DNA of 64,000 nucleotides from Deltaproteobacteria bacterium (GCA_034670305.1 JAXMNT010000027.1:1-64000), one strand, 5' to 3'; numbered from the stretch's first letter, positions 1 to 8,202 are shown. Translations and numbers: made by a program. Notes: generated by a model from the sequence alone, not told the origin.

Positions 1-13
1 TCGCGCGGCTGCG

Positions 14-169
14 CCGCGTAGCACCGACCGATGCCCGGCGGCTTCGTCCGCTGGGCATCGCGCTCCGATTCGCGCCTCGCCGTCGCGAAACACACGGCGT
101 CCACGACGCGGGCAAGGGCACGGGCAACGGCAACGGCAAGGGAGCAGGTCGCTTTTCAGCGACCTGCTA
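14..169 (+). mobile_element. IS5/IS1182-like right-end repeat, copy A (inverted relative to 7865-8021)
   Basis: ~156 bp matching the reverse complement of 7865-8021 with about 3 differences; ends in TTTTCAGCGACCTGCTAG, resembling IS5/IS1182-type terminal inverted repeats; copy B adjoins a transposase C-terminal remnant. Confidence 0.6.
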
Positions 170-188
170 GCGCGATCGGGGTTCGGCC

Positions 189-232
189 TCGGCTTCTGGG
201 TCGGCTTCTGGGTCGGCTTCTGGGTCGGCTTC
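189..232. repeat. 12-bp tandem repeat (TCGGCTTCTGGG)x3 plus partial
   Basis: Read directly from the sequence. Confidence 0.9.
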
Positions 233-240
233 GGCCGCGC

Positions 241-702
241 TCAGAACTCTTGCACTCGGCCGCTGCCGTCGGGGCCGGGGAACGCGGGGACGCCGCCGAT
301 GAGCATGCCGGTCATGCGCCACTGGCCGCGGTCCCGCGCGTAGTAGAGCGTCGCGCGGGCGTTGCCGGCCGTGGATTGGAGCGTGCACTCGCGCACGTGC
401 ACGTCTCCGCCGTGGGTCACGACCGAGTCGCAGCCGATGCTCTGGCTCGTGCGCAGGTACTGGTTGCGCGACACCGACGCGCTGAACCGCTGGAGCGGCA
501 CGCTGTCCCGGTAGGCCTGGGTCATCAGCCCGTACGCGAGGTCGTACTGGCCCGCCTGCACGTGGGCGATCAGCTGGTCGTCGACCTCCCCCGGGCTCGG
601 GCCCCGCGGCTCCTGGGGCACGGGGACCGGGTGCAGATCGGTGTCGTCCTTCTTACACCCGCACGTCGCCAGCAGGGCGACCAAGACGACGCGCAGCGCC
701 AT
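241..702 (-). CDS. Putative lipoprotein (NTF2/DUF4864-like fold possible)
   Basis: ATG at 702 overlaps the upstream stop (TGATG); MALRVVLVALLATCGC lipobox; GQYDLAYGLMTQAYR and GQWRM segments typical of NTF2-like lipoproteins. Confidence 0.65.
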   Translation of the reverse strand: MALRVVLVALLATCGCKKDDTDLHPVPVPQEPRGPSPGEVDDQLIAHVQAGQYDLAYGLMTQAYRDSVPLQRFSASVSRNQYLRTSQSIGCDSVVTHGGDVHVRECTLQSTAGNARATLYYARDRGQWRMTGMLIGGVPAFPGPDGSGRVQEF

Positions 703-1127
703 CACCCGAGTACGCAGACCAGGCTGTCGCCGGCCTTGGCCGCGCCTTCCAGCACGGCCCCCAGCTCTTCGTCCATGGCGCCGAGCAAACCGTCGGCTGC
801 CGCCTTGGCCGCTTCGGGCGAACACACGAACGCCGGCCCATAGCCCGCGTCGAAGTCGAGTTCTTCGCTGGCGCCTCCGAGCTCGTCGAACACCACCGTG
901 TCTTCGTCGATCTCGTCGCCCTGGGCTTCGGCCATGCCGACGAACGCCCCGTGGGCCAACTGGTAGTCGAACCCGGCCGTGTGTTCGGGTGCGATCCCGA
1001 GCGCGGCGACCTTGGCTTCCGCCGCTTCGTCGTCCCCGAAGAAGATCGCATCGATGAGCGAACCGTCCGCTTTGATCTTCTCCAGCGCTGCCTTGTTCAC
1101 GCGAACCACGCTCATCCACATCGACAT
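702..1127 (-). CDS. DUF1877/YfbM-like acidic protein
   Basis: MSM start with a beta-strand, GYGPA motif, C-terminal AAKAGDSLVCVLG; GAGG RBS upstream. Confidence 0.55.
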   Translation of the reverse strand: MSMWMSVVRVNKAALEKIKADGSLIDAIFFGDDEAAEAKVAALGIAPEHTAGFDYQLAHGAFVGMAEAQGDEIDEDTVVFDELGGASEELDFDAGYGPAFVCSPEAAKAAADGLLGAMDEELGAVLEGAAKAGDSLVCVLG

Positions 1128-1204
1128 CGTTCACCTCTTTCAGTGGCTGAGTGTATCGCCGGGCACCGGCCTGCCCACTCGCATTTCAGACCCCTGGCAG
1201 GTTG

Positions 1205-1303
1205 CTAGATCCAGTCGGGGTCGACGGTGCGTGCGTTCTGCTGGTCTCCGGTGTTCAGCGTGGCTTCGGGTTCGAACAACACGACCCGCTTCGGCACCGT
1301 CAT
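1205..1303 (-). CDS. Putative 32-aa small protein MTVPKRVVLFEPEATLNTGDQQNARTVDPDWI
   Basis: ATG 1 nt after the stop of 1305-1541; GC3-rich codons; below the ORF-track length cutoff. Confidence 0.35.
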   Translation of the reverse strand: MTVPKRVVLFEPEATLNTGDQQNARTVDPDWI

Positions 1304-1304
1304 C

Positions 1305-1541
1305 TCAGGCGTCGTCGTCACCGGCACCGGCACCGGGTTCGTCCGGAGCCATCAGGAAACCTGCACCAGCCAGCAGGGCGCCGACCACGATCAGCCCGAT
1401 CCGGATGCCCCAGCCGACGCCGGTGCCCCAGCGGTCGACCCACATCAGGACCACCAGCTCGTAGTTCACGAGCGAGAGCACCGAGGAGACCAGGCCCACC
1501 AGCGCCAACGTTCCGCCCAAACCCGACAACTTCTGAAGCAT
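1305..1541 (-). CDS. Small membrane protein (2 TM helices)
   Basis: MLQKLSGLGGTLALVGLVSSVLSL...LMWVDRWG...IRIGLIVVGALL; AAGGGAG RBS. Confidence 0.7.
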   Translation of the reverse strand: MLQKLSGLGGTLALVGLVSSVLSLVNYELVVLMWVDRWGTGVGWGIRIGLIVVGALLAGAGFLMAPDEPGAGAGDDDA

Positions 1542-1640
1542 GCAATCTCCCTTGCGCAACGGTACACCGATTCGCCGTCCAGCGGCTCTTGTCGGCAGAG
1601 CTGCTACGATCCCATCGTTCTGCTCCCTCGTATCTCGACC

Positions 1641-2198
1641 ATGCCCACCCGAACCCACCCGCCGCGACGATGGAACTGGCTCTTCGCCGCGCTCGCGGCG
1701 CTCGTGCTGGTGCAGGTCGCGTCGATGCTCGGGCGCGCGCAGGAGTCGCTCGCTGCGATCCAATCCGAGATCGGCGAAGCGTTCCCAGACGTGCCGTGGA
1801 TCGAGCCCGAGGCGCTGGATGCCCTCGCGTCCCCGCCACTCTTGCTCGACGCGCGCGAGGCGGCCGAGTTCGAGGTGAGCCACCTGCGCGGCGCGGTTCG
1901 GATCGATCCCGAGCACCCGGATCTCTCCGTACTCGAGGACGTGCCGGCCGAGCGGACCGTGGTCGTGTACTGCTCGGTCGGATACCGGAGTGCGATGGTC
2001 GCCCGGACGATCCAGCACTCAGGACGAAACCGTGTGTTCAACCTCCGCGGCGGCATCTTTGGGTGGGCCAACGCCGGGCGGCCGATGGTGACCGAACAGT
2101 GCGAGGGCTGTGCCCCCCGCACCGTACAGCGCGCCCATCCGTACGATCGCCGCTGGGGCCAGCTCCTCGAGCCGTCCCGTCGCGCGCCGCTGCGCTGA
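1641..2198 (+). CDS. Rhodanese-like domain protein with N-terminal signal/TM
   Basis: LLDAREAAEFEVSHLRGA, VVYCSVGYRS active-site loop, NLRGGIFGWAN. Confidence 0.9.
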   Translation: MPTRTHPPRRWNWLFAALAALVLVQVASMLGRAQESLAAIQSEIGEAFPDVPWIEPEALDALASPPLLLDAREAAEFEVSHLRGAVRIDPEHPDLSVLEDVPAERTVVVYCSVGYRSAMVARTIQHSGRNRVFNLRGGIFGWANAGRPMVTEQCEGCAPRTVQRAHPYDRRWGQLLEPSRRAPLR

Positions 2199-2257
2199 GC
2201 ACCGACCCGGGCTTGCGTTGCTTTGGAGTCGGGCCCCGGGTACCACTGCGCGGCGCG

Positions 2258-3187
2258 ATGAAACCGTTTCAACGACCGCCGTTCCGGAGCGTGCCCGAGC
2301 GGCCGCGTCGGTCGCACGGCTTCCTTGAACTCCCGCAGTCAGAGACAGTGGCCAAGCTGGCGGGCGAGCAGGTTCGGTTGACGTACCGCGAACTCGGGTC
2401 GGGTCCGCCGCTGTTGCTCGTCCACGGGTTGATGACCACGTCGTACAGCTGGCGCTACGTGATGGAGCCGCTGTCCGAACTCGGCTTTCGAGTGATCGCG
2501 TACGACTTGCCCGGCGCGGGCGACAGCTCGGTGCCCAGCGGCGCGTGTACCGCGGAGTTGCTCGCGCGATCGATCGCTGCGTTCCAAGACGCGCTCGACA
2601 TCGCGGGATGCAAGACCATCGGCAACAGCATGGGGGGTTACCTCGCCATGCGTCTGGCGCTCGACGAACCAGAGCGGTTCGAGCGCCTCGTCAACCTGCA
2701 CTCTCCGGGCGTGCCGCTCAAGCGGCTCTGGGTGCTGCGCACTGCGTTGCGTCTGCCCGGGACCCGCGCCGCGTTGTCGGCCGTCATCGCGCGGGATCCC
2801 GAGCGGTGGGTCTACTCGAACGTGCACTACTTCGACGAGACGCTGAAGTCGCGCGAGGAGACCCGCGTCTATGCGGCGCCACTGCGTACCCGCGAAGGGC
2901 GCCGGGCGTTTCTCAGCTGGATGGGCGAAGCGCTCGACCCCGCGCTGATGCAAGAGTTCGTCGACGCGCTCCGCCGCCGGCGCGACGGCGCGAACCCAGG
3001 TTTCCCGGTCCCGCTTCAGCTCGTCTACGCGCGCCAGGACCCGATGGTGCCGCCACGGGTGGGCCACGCGCTGGCCGCTCTGATTCCGGACGCCGACGAA
3101 GTCTGGCTGGAGCAGAGCTCCCACTTCGCCCACGTCGACACCCCCGAGCTCTTCGTCGACACCGTCCGTTCCTTTCTGACGACCTGA
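2258..3187 (+). CDS. Alpha/beta fold hydrolase
   Basis: LLLVHG, YDLPGAGDS, GNSMGG nucleophile elbow, QDPMVP, SSHFAH. Confidence 0.9.
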   Translation: MKPFQRPPFRSVPERPRRSHGFLELPQSETVAKLAGEQVRLTYRELGSGPPLLLVHGLMTTSYSWRYVMEPLSELGFRVIAYDLPGAGDSSVPSGACTAELLARSIAAFQDALDIAGCKTIGNSMGGYLAMRLALDEPERFERLVNLHSPGVPLKRLWVLRTALRLPGTRAALSAVIARDPERWVYSNVHYFDETLKSREETRVYAAPLRTREGRRAFLSWMGEALDPALMQEFVDALRRRRDGANPGFPVPLQLVYARQDPMVPPRVGHALAALIPDADEVWLEQSSHFAHVDTPELFVDTVRSFLTT

Positions 3188-3263
3188 GCGGCGACCGAGG
3201 GGGCGAACCACGTGATCCAGGTCACTGCGTGACGTGGATGGCGCGCAAGGGCACCATCGCGGG

Positions 3264-3761
3264 ATGGGGACCACCGACCACGGGCCGCGTCGACTCGAGC
3301 TGACGACGTTGATGACACCCGACATGCAGAACTTCTCGGGCAAGGTTCACGGGGGCTCGCTGCTCAAGCTGCTCGACGAGGTCGCCTACAGCTGCGCCTC
3401 GAGGTACGCGCGCAGCTACGTGGTGACGTTGCTCGTCGACGACGCGATCTTCCGCGGGCCGGTGCACGTGGGGGAACTCGTCACGTGTCTCGCGTGTGTG
3501 AACCACGTCGGCAGGACCTCGATGGAGATCGGCATGCGGGTCGTCTCGGAGGACCCGCGCAGCGGCGTGCAGCGCCACGTGATGTCGTGCTTCTTCGTGA
3601 TGATCTCGATGAACGAAGCGGGCGAACCGCAGGCGGTGTCGCGGTTCGAGTTCGAAGACGCCGAAGACGAACGGCGCTGGGCCGCGGCCGAAGAACGCCG
3701 CGAGGTCCGCACGAAGAGCATCGAGCGGTCCAAGCGCGGCGACCAGCTCGGACCCAGCTAG
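3264..3761 (+). CDS. Acyl-CoA thioesterase (hotdog fold, YciA-like)
   Basis: MTPDMQNFSGKVHGGSLLKLLDEVA, VGRTSMEIG. Confidence 0.9.
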   Translation: MGTTDHGPRRLELTTLMTPDMQNFSGKVHGGSLLKLLDEVAYSCASRYARSYVVTLLVDDAIFRGPVHVGELVTCLACVNHVGRTSMEIGMRVVSEDPRSGVQRHVMSCFFVMISMNEAGEPQAVSRFEFEDAEDERRWAAAEERREVRTKSIERSKRGDQLGPS

Positions 3762-4069
3762 AGCGCGACGGTGCGGACGCTGGGGAACTCCATCGACGAG
3801 CAGCACTCGCCCATCGGTCCCCAGACCGCCATGACCTCGTCCATCGAATGCGCCCGGTTCATGGCGGCCTCGTCTTTCCACGGGAAGGTCTCCACGTAGA
3901 AGATGCCCTTCTCTTTGTCTTCGCCGCGGAAGATCAGATGCGGCACGTCGTCGCGCACGAGGCCGAGCTTCTGGAACGTGGGCCAGTGGATCTCGAGCAG
4001 CGCCACGAAGGCCTTCTCTTGGTCGGGTTTCACCCAGTAACGGCACAGCGTGATGGTCTGGTCGGTCAT
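3758..4069 (-). CDS. Small dimeric alpha-beta barrel (ABM-like) protein; could extend to ATG 4306
   Basis: CRYWVKPDQEKAFVALL...YVETFPWKDEAAMNRAH pattern. Confidence 0.6.
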   Translation of the reverse strand: MTDQTITLCRYWVKPDQEKAFVALLEIHWPTFQKLGLVRDDVPHLIFRGEDKEKGIFYVETFPWKDEAAMNRAHSMDEVMAVWGPMGECCSSMEFPSVRTVAL

Positions 4070-4336
4070 GGCATCGGGATAGAGGAGAACGGTGCGGGCC
4101 GTCAACGTCACCGGCTCGGTGTGCAGTCCGACGGCGCAGGCGACGAGACCAACCCGCTGCAGTCGGCCTTCGTTGCGGGGGTTCCGAAACCGCGAGAACG
4201 GATCGAAGCGCCCCGCGAAGCGCGCGTTCTGAAGGATGAGGGTTCGACTCAGGTCGCGAAGCGCCGCGTCGCGGAGCCCATCGGTGACGACGACCTTCCA
4301 CTGCATCGGAGCACTGTAGCCCAGGTCCAGCGCGGA

Positions 4337-4759
4337 TCAGATCGCGCCGCAGTTGCCCTGGCACGCGTAGCGCAGATCGGTGTCTCGAATCGCGCCGCAG
4401 TTGCCCGAGCAGTAGTACCGGCGGTCGTTGTCTCGGATCGCGCCGCAGTTGCCCTGGCACGCGTAGCGGGTGTCGTTGTCGCGCACCGCGCCGCAATTGT
4501 TCTGGCAAACGTAGCGGGCGTCGTTGTCTCGAACGGCGCCGCAGTTGTTCTGACAGAGGTAGCGCAGGTCGTTGTTGCGGATGGCGCCGCAGTTGCCCTG
4601 GCAGAGGTAGCGCAGGTCGTTGCCCGACGCGCCCAGCCGCTGGACGAGGGGCGCGTACGCGTTGCGCGCGTCGGCGGACAGCTCGGCGGGAAGCATGGCC
4701 GCGATCCAGAGGGTGGCTGCGAGGCATCCGCCGAGGAGACTCTTGAAACGTCGACCCAT
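4337..4759 (-). CDS. Secreted protein with six 16-aa CxxxC repeats
   Basis: Signal-peptide-like N-terminus, then (NDxRYxCQ[GN]NCGA[IV]RD)x6. Confidence 0.8.
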   Translation of the reverse strand: MGRRFKSLLGGCLAATLWIAAMLPAELSADARNAYAPLVQRLGASGNDLRYLCQGNCGAIRNNDLRYLCQNNCGAVRDNDARYVCQNNCGAVRDNDTRYACQGNCGAIRDNDRRYYCSGNCGAIRDTDLRYACQGNCGAI

Positions 4760-4766
4760 GCCCACT

Positions 4767-5627
4767 CTACGGCGTGCCGCCGGGGATCTCCCGAAGCAGT
4801 ACTTCCACGCCCGCGTGGTCGCTCGCGTTCTTGGCGCGGCGGGTTCGGAACTCGGCCGGGGACCAGCTCGTGCTGAGTTCTGACGATGTCGTCTCGGGTT
4901 GTGCGAGCCACACCCGGTCGAAGCGGTACGCCCGCGGGCTCGACCCGCCCGGCGACCACGTCGCGCGCGCGTGCTCCGGGCGGCCGGCGAGTTCGAACGC
5001 GTCCTGCGACCGGAACGTCGGGGCAAGCATCTCCCACTCGCGGGTGCGCAGGTTGGTGTCGCCCGCGAACACGGCTGCCATTCGCGAAGACAGCGCTGCG
5101 GTTCTCGAGGCAAGCACAGGGAGGTCTTCCGATGCGCCTTCGTGCATCCAGCCGTCGATCTCGCGGGCTTGGACGAGCCGCGCCTCGTGTCCGCTTCGCA
5201 GGCTCTCCATGTGGGCGGTGAAGACGTCGAGGTGTCCGGAGGTCGGGTGTGCGAGCCGCGCGACCAGACACTGACGTCCGAGCGGGCTGTACTCGAACGC
5301 GCGCAGTGCGCAGGACACGATCGACCAGGGCGGCCGAACGGCCACCATCAAGTAGTCCTCTTCGCCGGCCGGCGGGCGTTCGGGCCAGAGCGTGAACCCA
5401 GCGGCGCGAAAGTGTGGACCGATCTGTCCGGTGTGGGCCCGCCGGGTCATCTCCTGGAACACCAACACGTCTGGTACCGGGGGCGTCGGCTTGCCTTCGA
5501 TGGCGGCGCGCAGATCGCCGCCCACCAAGACCTCGAGGCAGAGCTTCTCCATCCGGGGCCCGATGCGTTTTTCCTCGAGCCCGTGGATGTTCCAGCTCAA
5601 GAGCCGCAGCGTCGTCGTCGCACCCAC
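4767..5627 (-). CDS. Endonuclease/exonuclease/phosphatase (EEP) family, TDP2-like
   Basis: SWNIHGL, VFQE, TAHMES, VFAGDTNLR, RFDR, SDHAG motifs in order; GTG start estimated. Confidence 0.85.
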   Translation of the reverse strand: MGATTTLRLLSWNIHGLEEKRIGPRMEKLCLEVLVGGDLRAAIEGKPTPPVPDVLVFQEMTRRAHTGQIGPHFRAAGFTLWPERPPAGEEDYLMVAVRPPWSIVSCALRAFEYSPLGRQCLVARLAHPTSGHLDVFTAHMESLRSGHEARLVQAREIDGWMHEGASEDLPVLASRTAALSSRMAAVFAGDTNLRTREWEMLAPTFRSQDAFELAGRPEHARATWSPGGSSPRAYRFDRVWLAQPETTSSELSTSWSPAEFRTRRAKNASDHAGVEVLLREIPGGTP

Positions 5628-5721
5628 CGCAGCGCTATGGTTCAACCGCGTTCGCCGGCAAGCGGGAGGGAGCCGCCGAGGGGCTCCGACGTGCTCGGCC
5701 GGCTTTCGTCGCTGGGCCCGC

Positions 5722-5749
5722 TTGACAAACGATTCGACGAACATCAAAA
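5722..5749 (+). promoter_or_regulatory. arsR promoter (-35 TTGACA) with imperfect ATTCGA-N6-TCAAAA operator
   Basis: TTGACA at 5722; the operator-like site resembles the perfect palindrome at 6119. Confidence 0.5.
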
Positions 5750-5760
5750 CGTTCCGGCCG

Positions 5761-6066
5761 ATGGACGACGCGCGACTGGTTCGAATCTTCAAGGCGTTGG
5801 GGCACCCCAACCGGTTCCGGCTCTTCACCGAGATCTGGAAAGAAGGCGGGGCCTCGTTCGAAGGCGGCAAACTCGAGGCCGGCCATGTGTGCTTCCTGAA
5901 CGACGTGATGGAACGGCTCAACATCGGTGCGCCTACCGTGTCGCATCACCTCAAGGAGCTGGTGGCGGCGGGGCTGATCTCGACCGACAAGCAGGGCAAG
6001 TTCGTCACTTGCCGCGTGAGCTCGAAGGCCCTCGAAGACCTTCGCATCTTCTTCGCGCGTTCGTAG
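5761..6066 (+). CDS. ArsR/SmtB family transcriptional regulator
   Basis: FKALGHPNRFRL, PTVSHHLKELVAAGLI, KQGKFVTCR. Confidence 0.92.
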   Translation: MDDARLVRIFKALGHPNRFRLFTEIWKEGGASFEGGKLEAGHVCFLNDVMERLNIGAPTVSHHLKELVAAGLISTDKQGKFVTCRVSSKALEDLRIFFARS

Positions 6067-6081
6067 CGCACTTCTCTGAAA

Positions 6082-6109
6082 AGGACCGCTCTTCGGTCCT
6101 CTTCTTTTT
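6082..6109 (+). terminator. Intrinsic terminator after arsR
   Basis: AGGACCG-CTCTT-CGGTCCT stem-loop followed by CTTCTTTTT. Confidence 0.6.
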
Positions 6110-6118
6110 GAACGAACC

Positions 6119-6136
6119 ATTCGATAGTTGTCGAAT
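6119..6136. promoter_or_regulatory. Palindromic operator ATTCGA-N6-TCGAAT upstream of the oxidoreductase
   Basis: Perfect inverted repeat in an AT-rich intergenic region. Confidence 0.55.
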
Positions 6137-6194
6137 CATCGATGTGAACGAGGCGCGCCGCGCCCCAAGAAACCAGTTGAACAGTGAGGACCGC

Positions 6195-7289
6195 ATGACC
6201 CAGGTACAGCCCATGACCCCCAGCCCGAGCAAGCCCACCACCAAGCCGAAGGCGCGCACGACCAAGATCGTGATCGACAAAGCCGGCTCCTACGACCGAC
6301 TGCGCGTAGTCGATGCGAAGACGCCGGAGCCCGGCCCCAACGAAGTGCGGATCGACGTGGAGGCGGCGGGCATCAACTACGCCGATGTCATCGTGCGCAT
6401 GGGGCTCTACGCCTCGGCGAAGGAGCTCGTGGGCTGGCCGATCACGCCGGGCTTCGAAGTGGCGGGGGTGGTCTCCGCCGTGGGGTCGAAGGTCACGGAT
6501 CTCGAGGTCGGCACCCGGGTGGTCGCGGTCACACTCTTCAACGGGTACGCGTCCACGCTCATCGCGCCGCGCCACCAGGTCTTCGTGCTGCCGGAGTCCT
6601 TGTCGTTCGTCGAAGGCGCGTCGCTGCCGGCCGTGTTCCTGACCGCACACTTCGCGCTGCACAGCCTCGCCAACCCGCGCCCGACCGACCACCTGCTCGT
6701 GCACTCGGCGGCGGGCGGCGTGGGCGGCGCGCTGGTGCAACTCGGCAAACTGCATGGCTGCACCGTGACCGGTGTGGTCGGCGGATCGCACAAGGTCGAG
6801 ACCGCGCTGAAACACGGCTGCGACCACGTCATCGACAAGTCGAAGCAGGACCTCTGGAAGGAAGCCGAGCGCATCGCGCCGAAGGGTTTCGACGTCGTGC
6901 TCGATGCCAACGGGGTGGCGACGCTGAAGGACAGCTACAACCACCTGTCGCGTCCAGGCAAGCTGGTGGTCTACGGGTTCTCGACCATGATGCCCAAGAC
7001 CGGGGGCCGTCCGAACTACCTCAAGCTCGCGGTGGACTACCTGCGTACCCCACGGTTCAACCCGCTCGACATGACGAACGAGAGCCGGAGCGTGCTCGCG
7101 TTCAACCTGAGCTACCTCTTCGACCGCACCGACATCCTCGAGGAGGGCATGGCGGACATCATGCGCTGGCTCGCCGAAGGCAAGATCACGCCACCCCCTG
7201 CGACCACCTACCCGCTCGCGAAGGTGGCCGACGCCCACCGAGACATCGAGTCGGGCACGACCGTCGGCAAACTGGTCTTGATCCCGTAG
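6195..7289 (+). CDS. VAT-1-like NADPH:quinone oxidoreductase (MDR superfamily)
   Basis: GINYADVIVRMGLY, TPGFEVAG, LVHSAAGGVG, GTTVGKLVL; GAGGA RBS. Confidence 0.9.
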   Translation: MTQVQPMTPSPSKPTTKPKARTTKIVIDKAGSYDRLRVVDAKTPEPGPNEVRIDVEAAGINYADVIVRMGLYASAKELVGWPITPGFEVAGVVSAVGSKVTDLEVGTRVVAVTLFNGYASTLIAPRHQVFVLPESLSFVEGASLPAVFLTAHFALHSLANPRPTDHLLVHSAAGGVGGALVQLGKLHGCTVTGVVGGSHKVETALKHGCDHVIDKSKQDLWKEAERIAPKGFDVVLDANGVATLKDSYNHLSRPGKLVVYGFSTMMPKTGGRPNYLKLAVDYLRTPRFNPLDMTNESRSVLAFNLSYLFDRTDILEEGMADIMRWLAEGKITPPPATTYPLAKVADAHRDIESGTTVGKLVLIP

Positions 7290-7483
7290 CCGGCGAGGTT
7301 CGGGATCTCGTGGGCTCGCAGAGGCTTAGGGGGGCTGCAGGCCCGGCCTTCGTGCACGAGCCCCGCTTTGCCGGGCTTTGAAGACACTCCCTGGTCGAGG
7401 AGCTGTGACGACGAACGGTCTGCTGGACCGCATCCGACCGAAAGGGTCTTCCCGAGGCGCATCAGAACGTGTAGGGGGAGCGC

Positions 7484-7867
7484 ATGCCTACCTTCCGCGA
7501 GTTGCTCACCGATCCGCCCGTCCTGGTGCTCTGCGACGATCCCCACGGCGTCGGACCCGCCTGGTTCACGCTGCTGGTCGACGATCAGGAGCTGAACGAC
7601 GAGTGCGTCGAAGCGGTCGAGAAGGTCGCCGGCGGCATCCTCGAGCACGACGAGCTCCAGCTCATCGGCTTCTACAACGTGCCGGAAGACGAGTTCGATC
7701 CGGCGGGCGAAGCACCACCTGAGTTCGATGCGCTGCTGTTCTTTCGCGAGAGCGAAGGCGGCGAAGACGGGCCGGTCTACCTGCTCGAGCTGGAGGGCAA
7801 GAACCGCCACTTCGAGGTGTTCGCACCCAGCTTCGCCGACGCCGGCTTCCGCCAGATCGACGCGTAG
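7484..7867 (+). CDS. Acidic hypothetical protein, possibly SMI1/KNR4 (SUKH)-like
   Basis: GGGGGAG RBS; C-terminal DGPVYLLELEG...FEVFAPSFADA resembles SUKH C-termini. Confidence 0.55.
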   Translation: MPTFRELLTDPPVLVLCDDPHGVGPAWFTLLVDDQELNDECVEAVEKVAGGILEHDELQLIGFYNVPEDEFDPAGEAPPEFDALLFFRESEGGEDGPVYLLELEGKNRHFEVFAPSFADAGFRQIDA

Positions 7868-8023
7868 CAGGTCGCTGAAAAGCGACCTGCTCCCTTGCCG
7901 TTGCCCTTGCCCGTGCCCTTGCCCGCGTCGTGGACGCCGTGTGTTTCGCGACGGCGAGGCCGCGAATCGGAGCCCGATGCCCAGCGGACGAAGCCGCCGG
8001 GCATCGGTCGGTGCTACGCGGGG

Positions 8024-8096
8024 CAGCGACGCGTAGGAGGTTGTATGCGGCGCCAGCCAGGTAGGCGGCGAACTGTGTCTTGTGTGTGCCTCGATA
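8024..8096 (-). pseudogene. IS5/IS1182-like DDE transposase C-terminal remnant
   Basis: Translates YRGTHKTQFAAYLAGAAYNLLRVA, matching the (F/Y)RG...AAYNLxR tail of these transposases. Confidence 0.6.
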
Positions 8097-8127
8097 TTCC
8101 TTGGGGGCACAGCCCCCAAGAAATAAT

Positions 8128-8202
8128 ATCGAACGGGCTCTCGCCCACCTCGAGCAGGTCGTCGCGATGCTCGTCGCGCTGATCAAGCGATCTGACCGCT
8201 GA
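8128..8202 (+). pseudogene. Four-helix-bundle protein (23S IVP/bAvd-like) C-terminal remnant
   Basis: Translates IERALAHLEQVVAMLVALIKRSDR*, like the LxxxVAMLxxLI last helix of that family. Confidence 0.4.

Noticed and set aside
4070..4306. In-frame N-terminal extension of the ABM-like gene (MQWKVVVTDG...)
   Set aside because: Codon usage looks coding, but no recognisable domain; cannot distinguish an extension from a remnant.
4340..4625. 48-bp periodic repeats as a CRISPR array
   Set aside because: In-frame coding repeats with no unique spacers and no cas genes.
7290..7480. Possible toxin remnant or ncRNA upstream of the SUKH-like gene
   Set aside because: No recognisable motif or consistent frame.
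8128..8202. Diversity-generating retroelement suggested by the bAvd-like remnant
   Set aside because: No reverse transcriptase and no TR/VR pair with adenine-specific mismatches seen.
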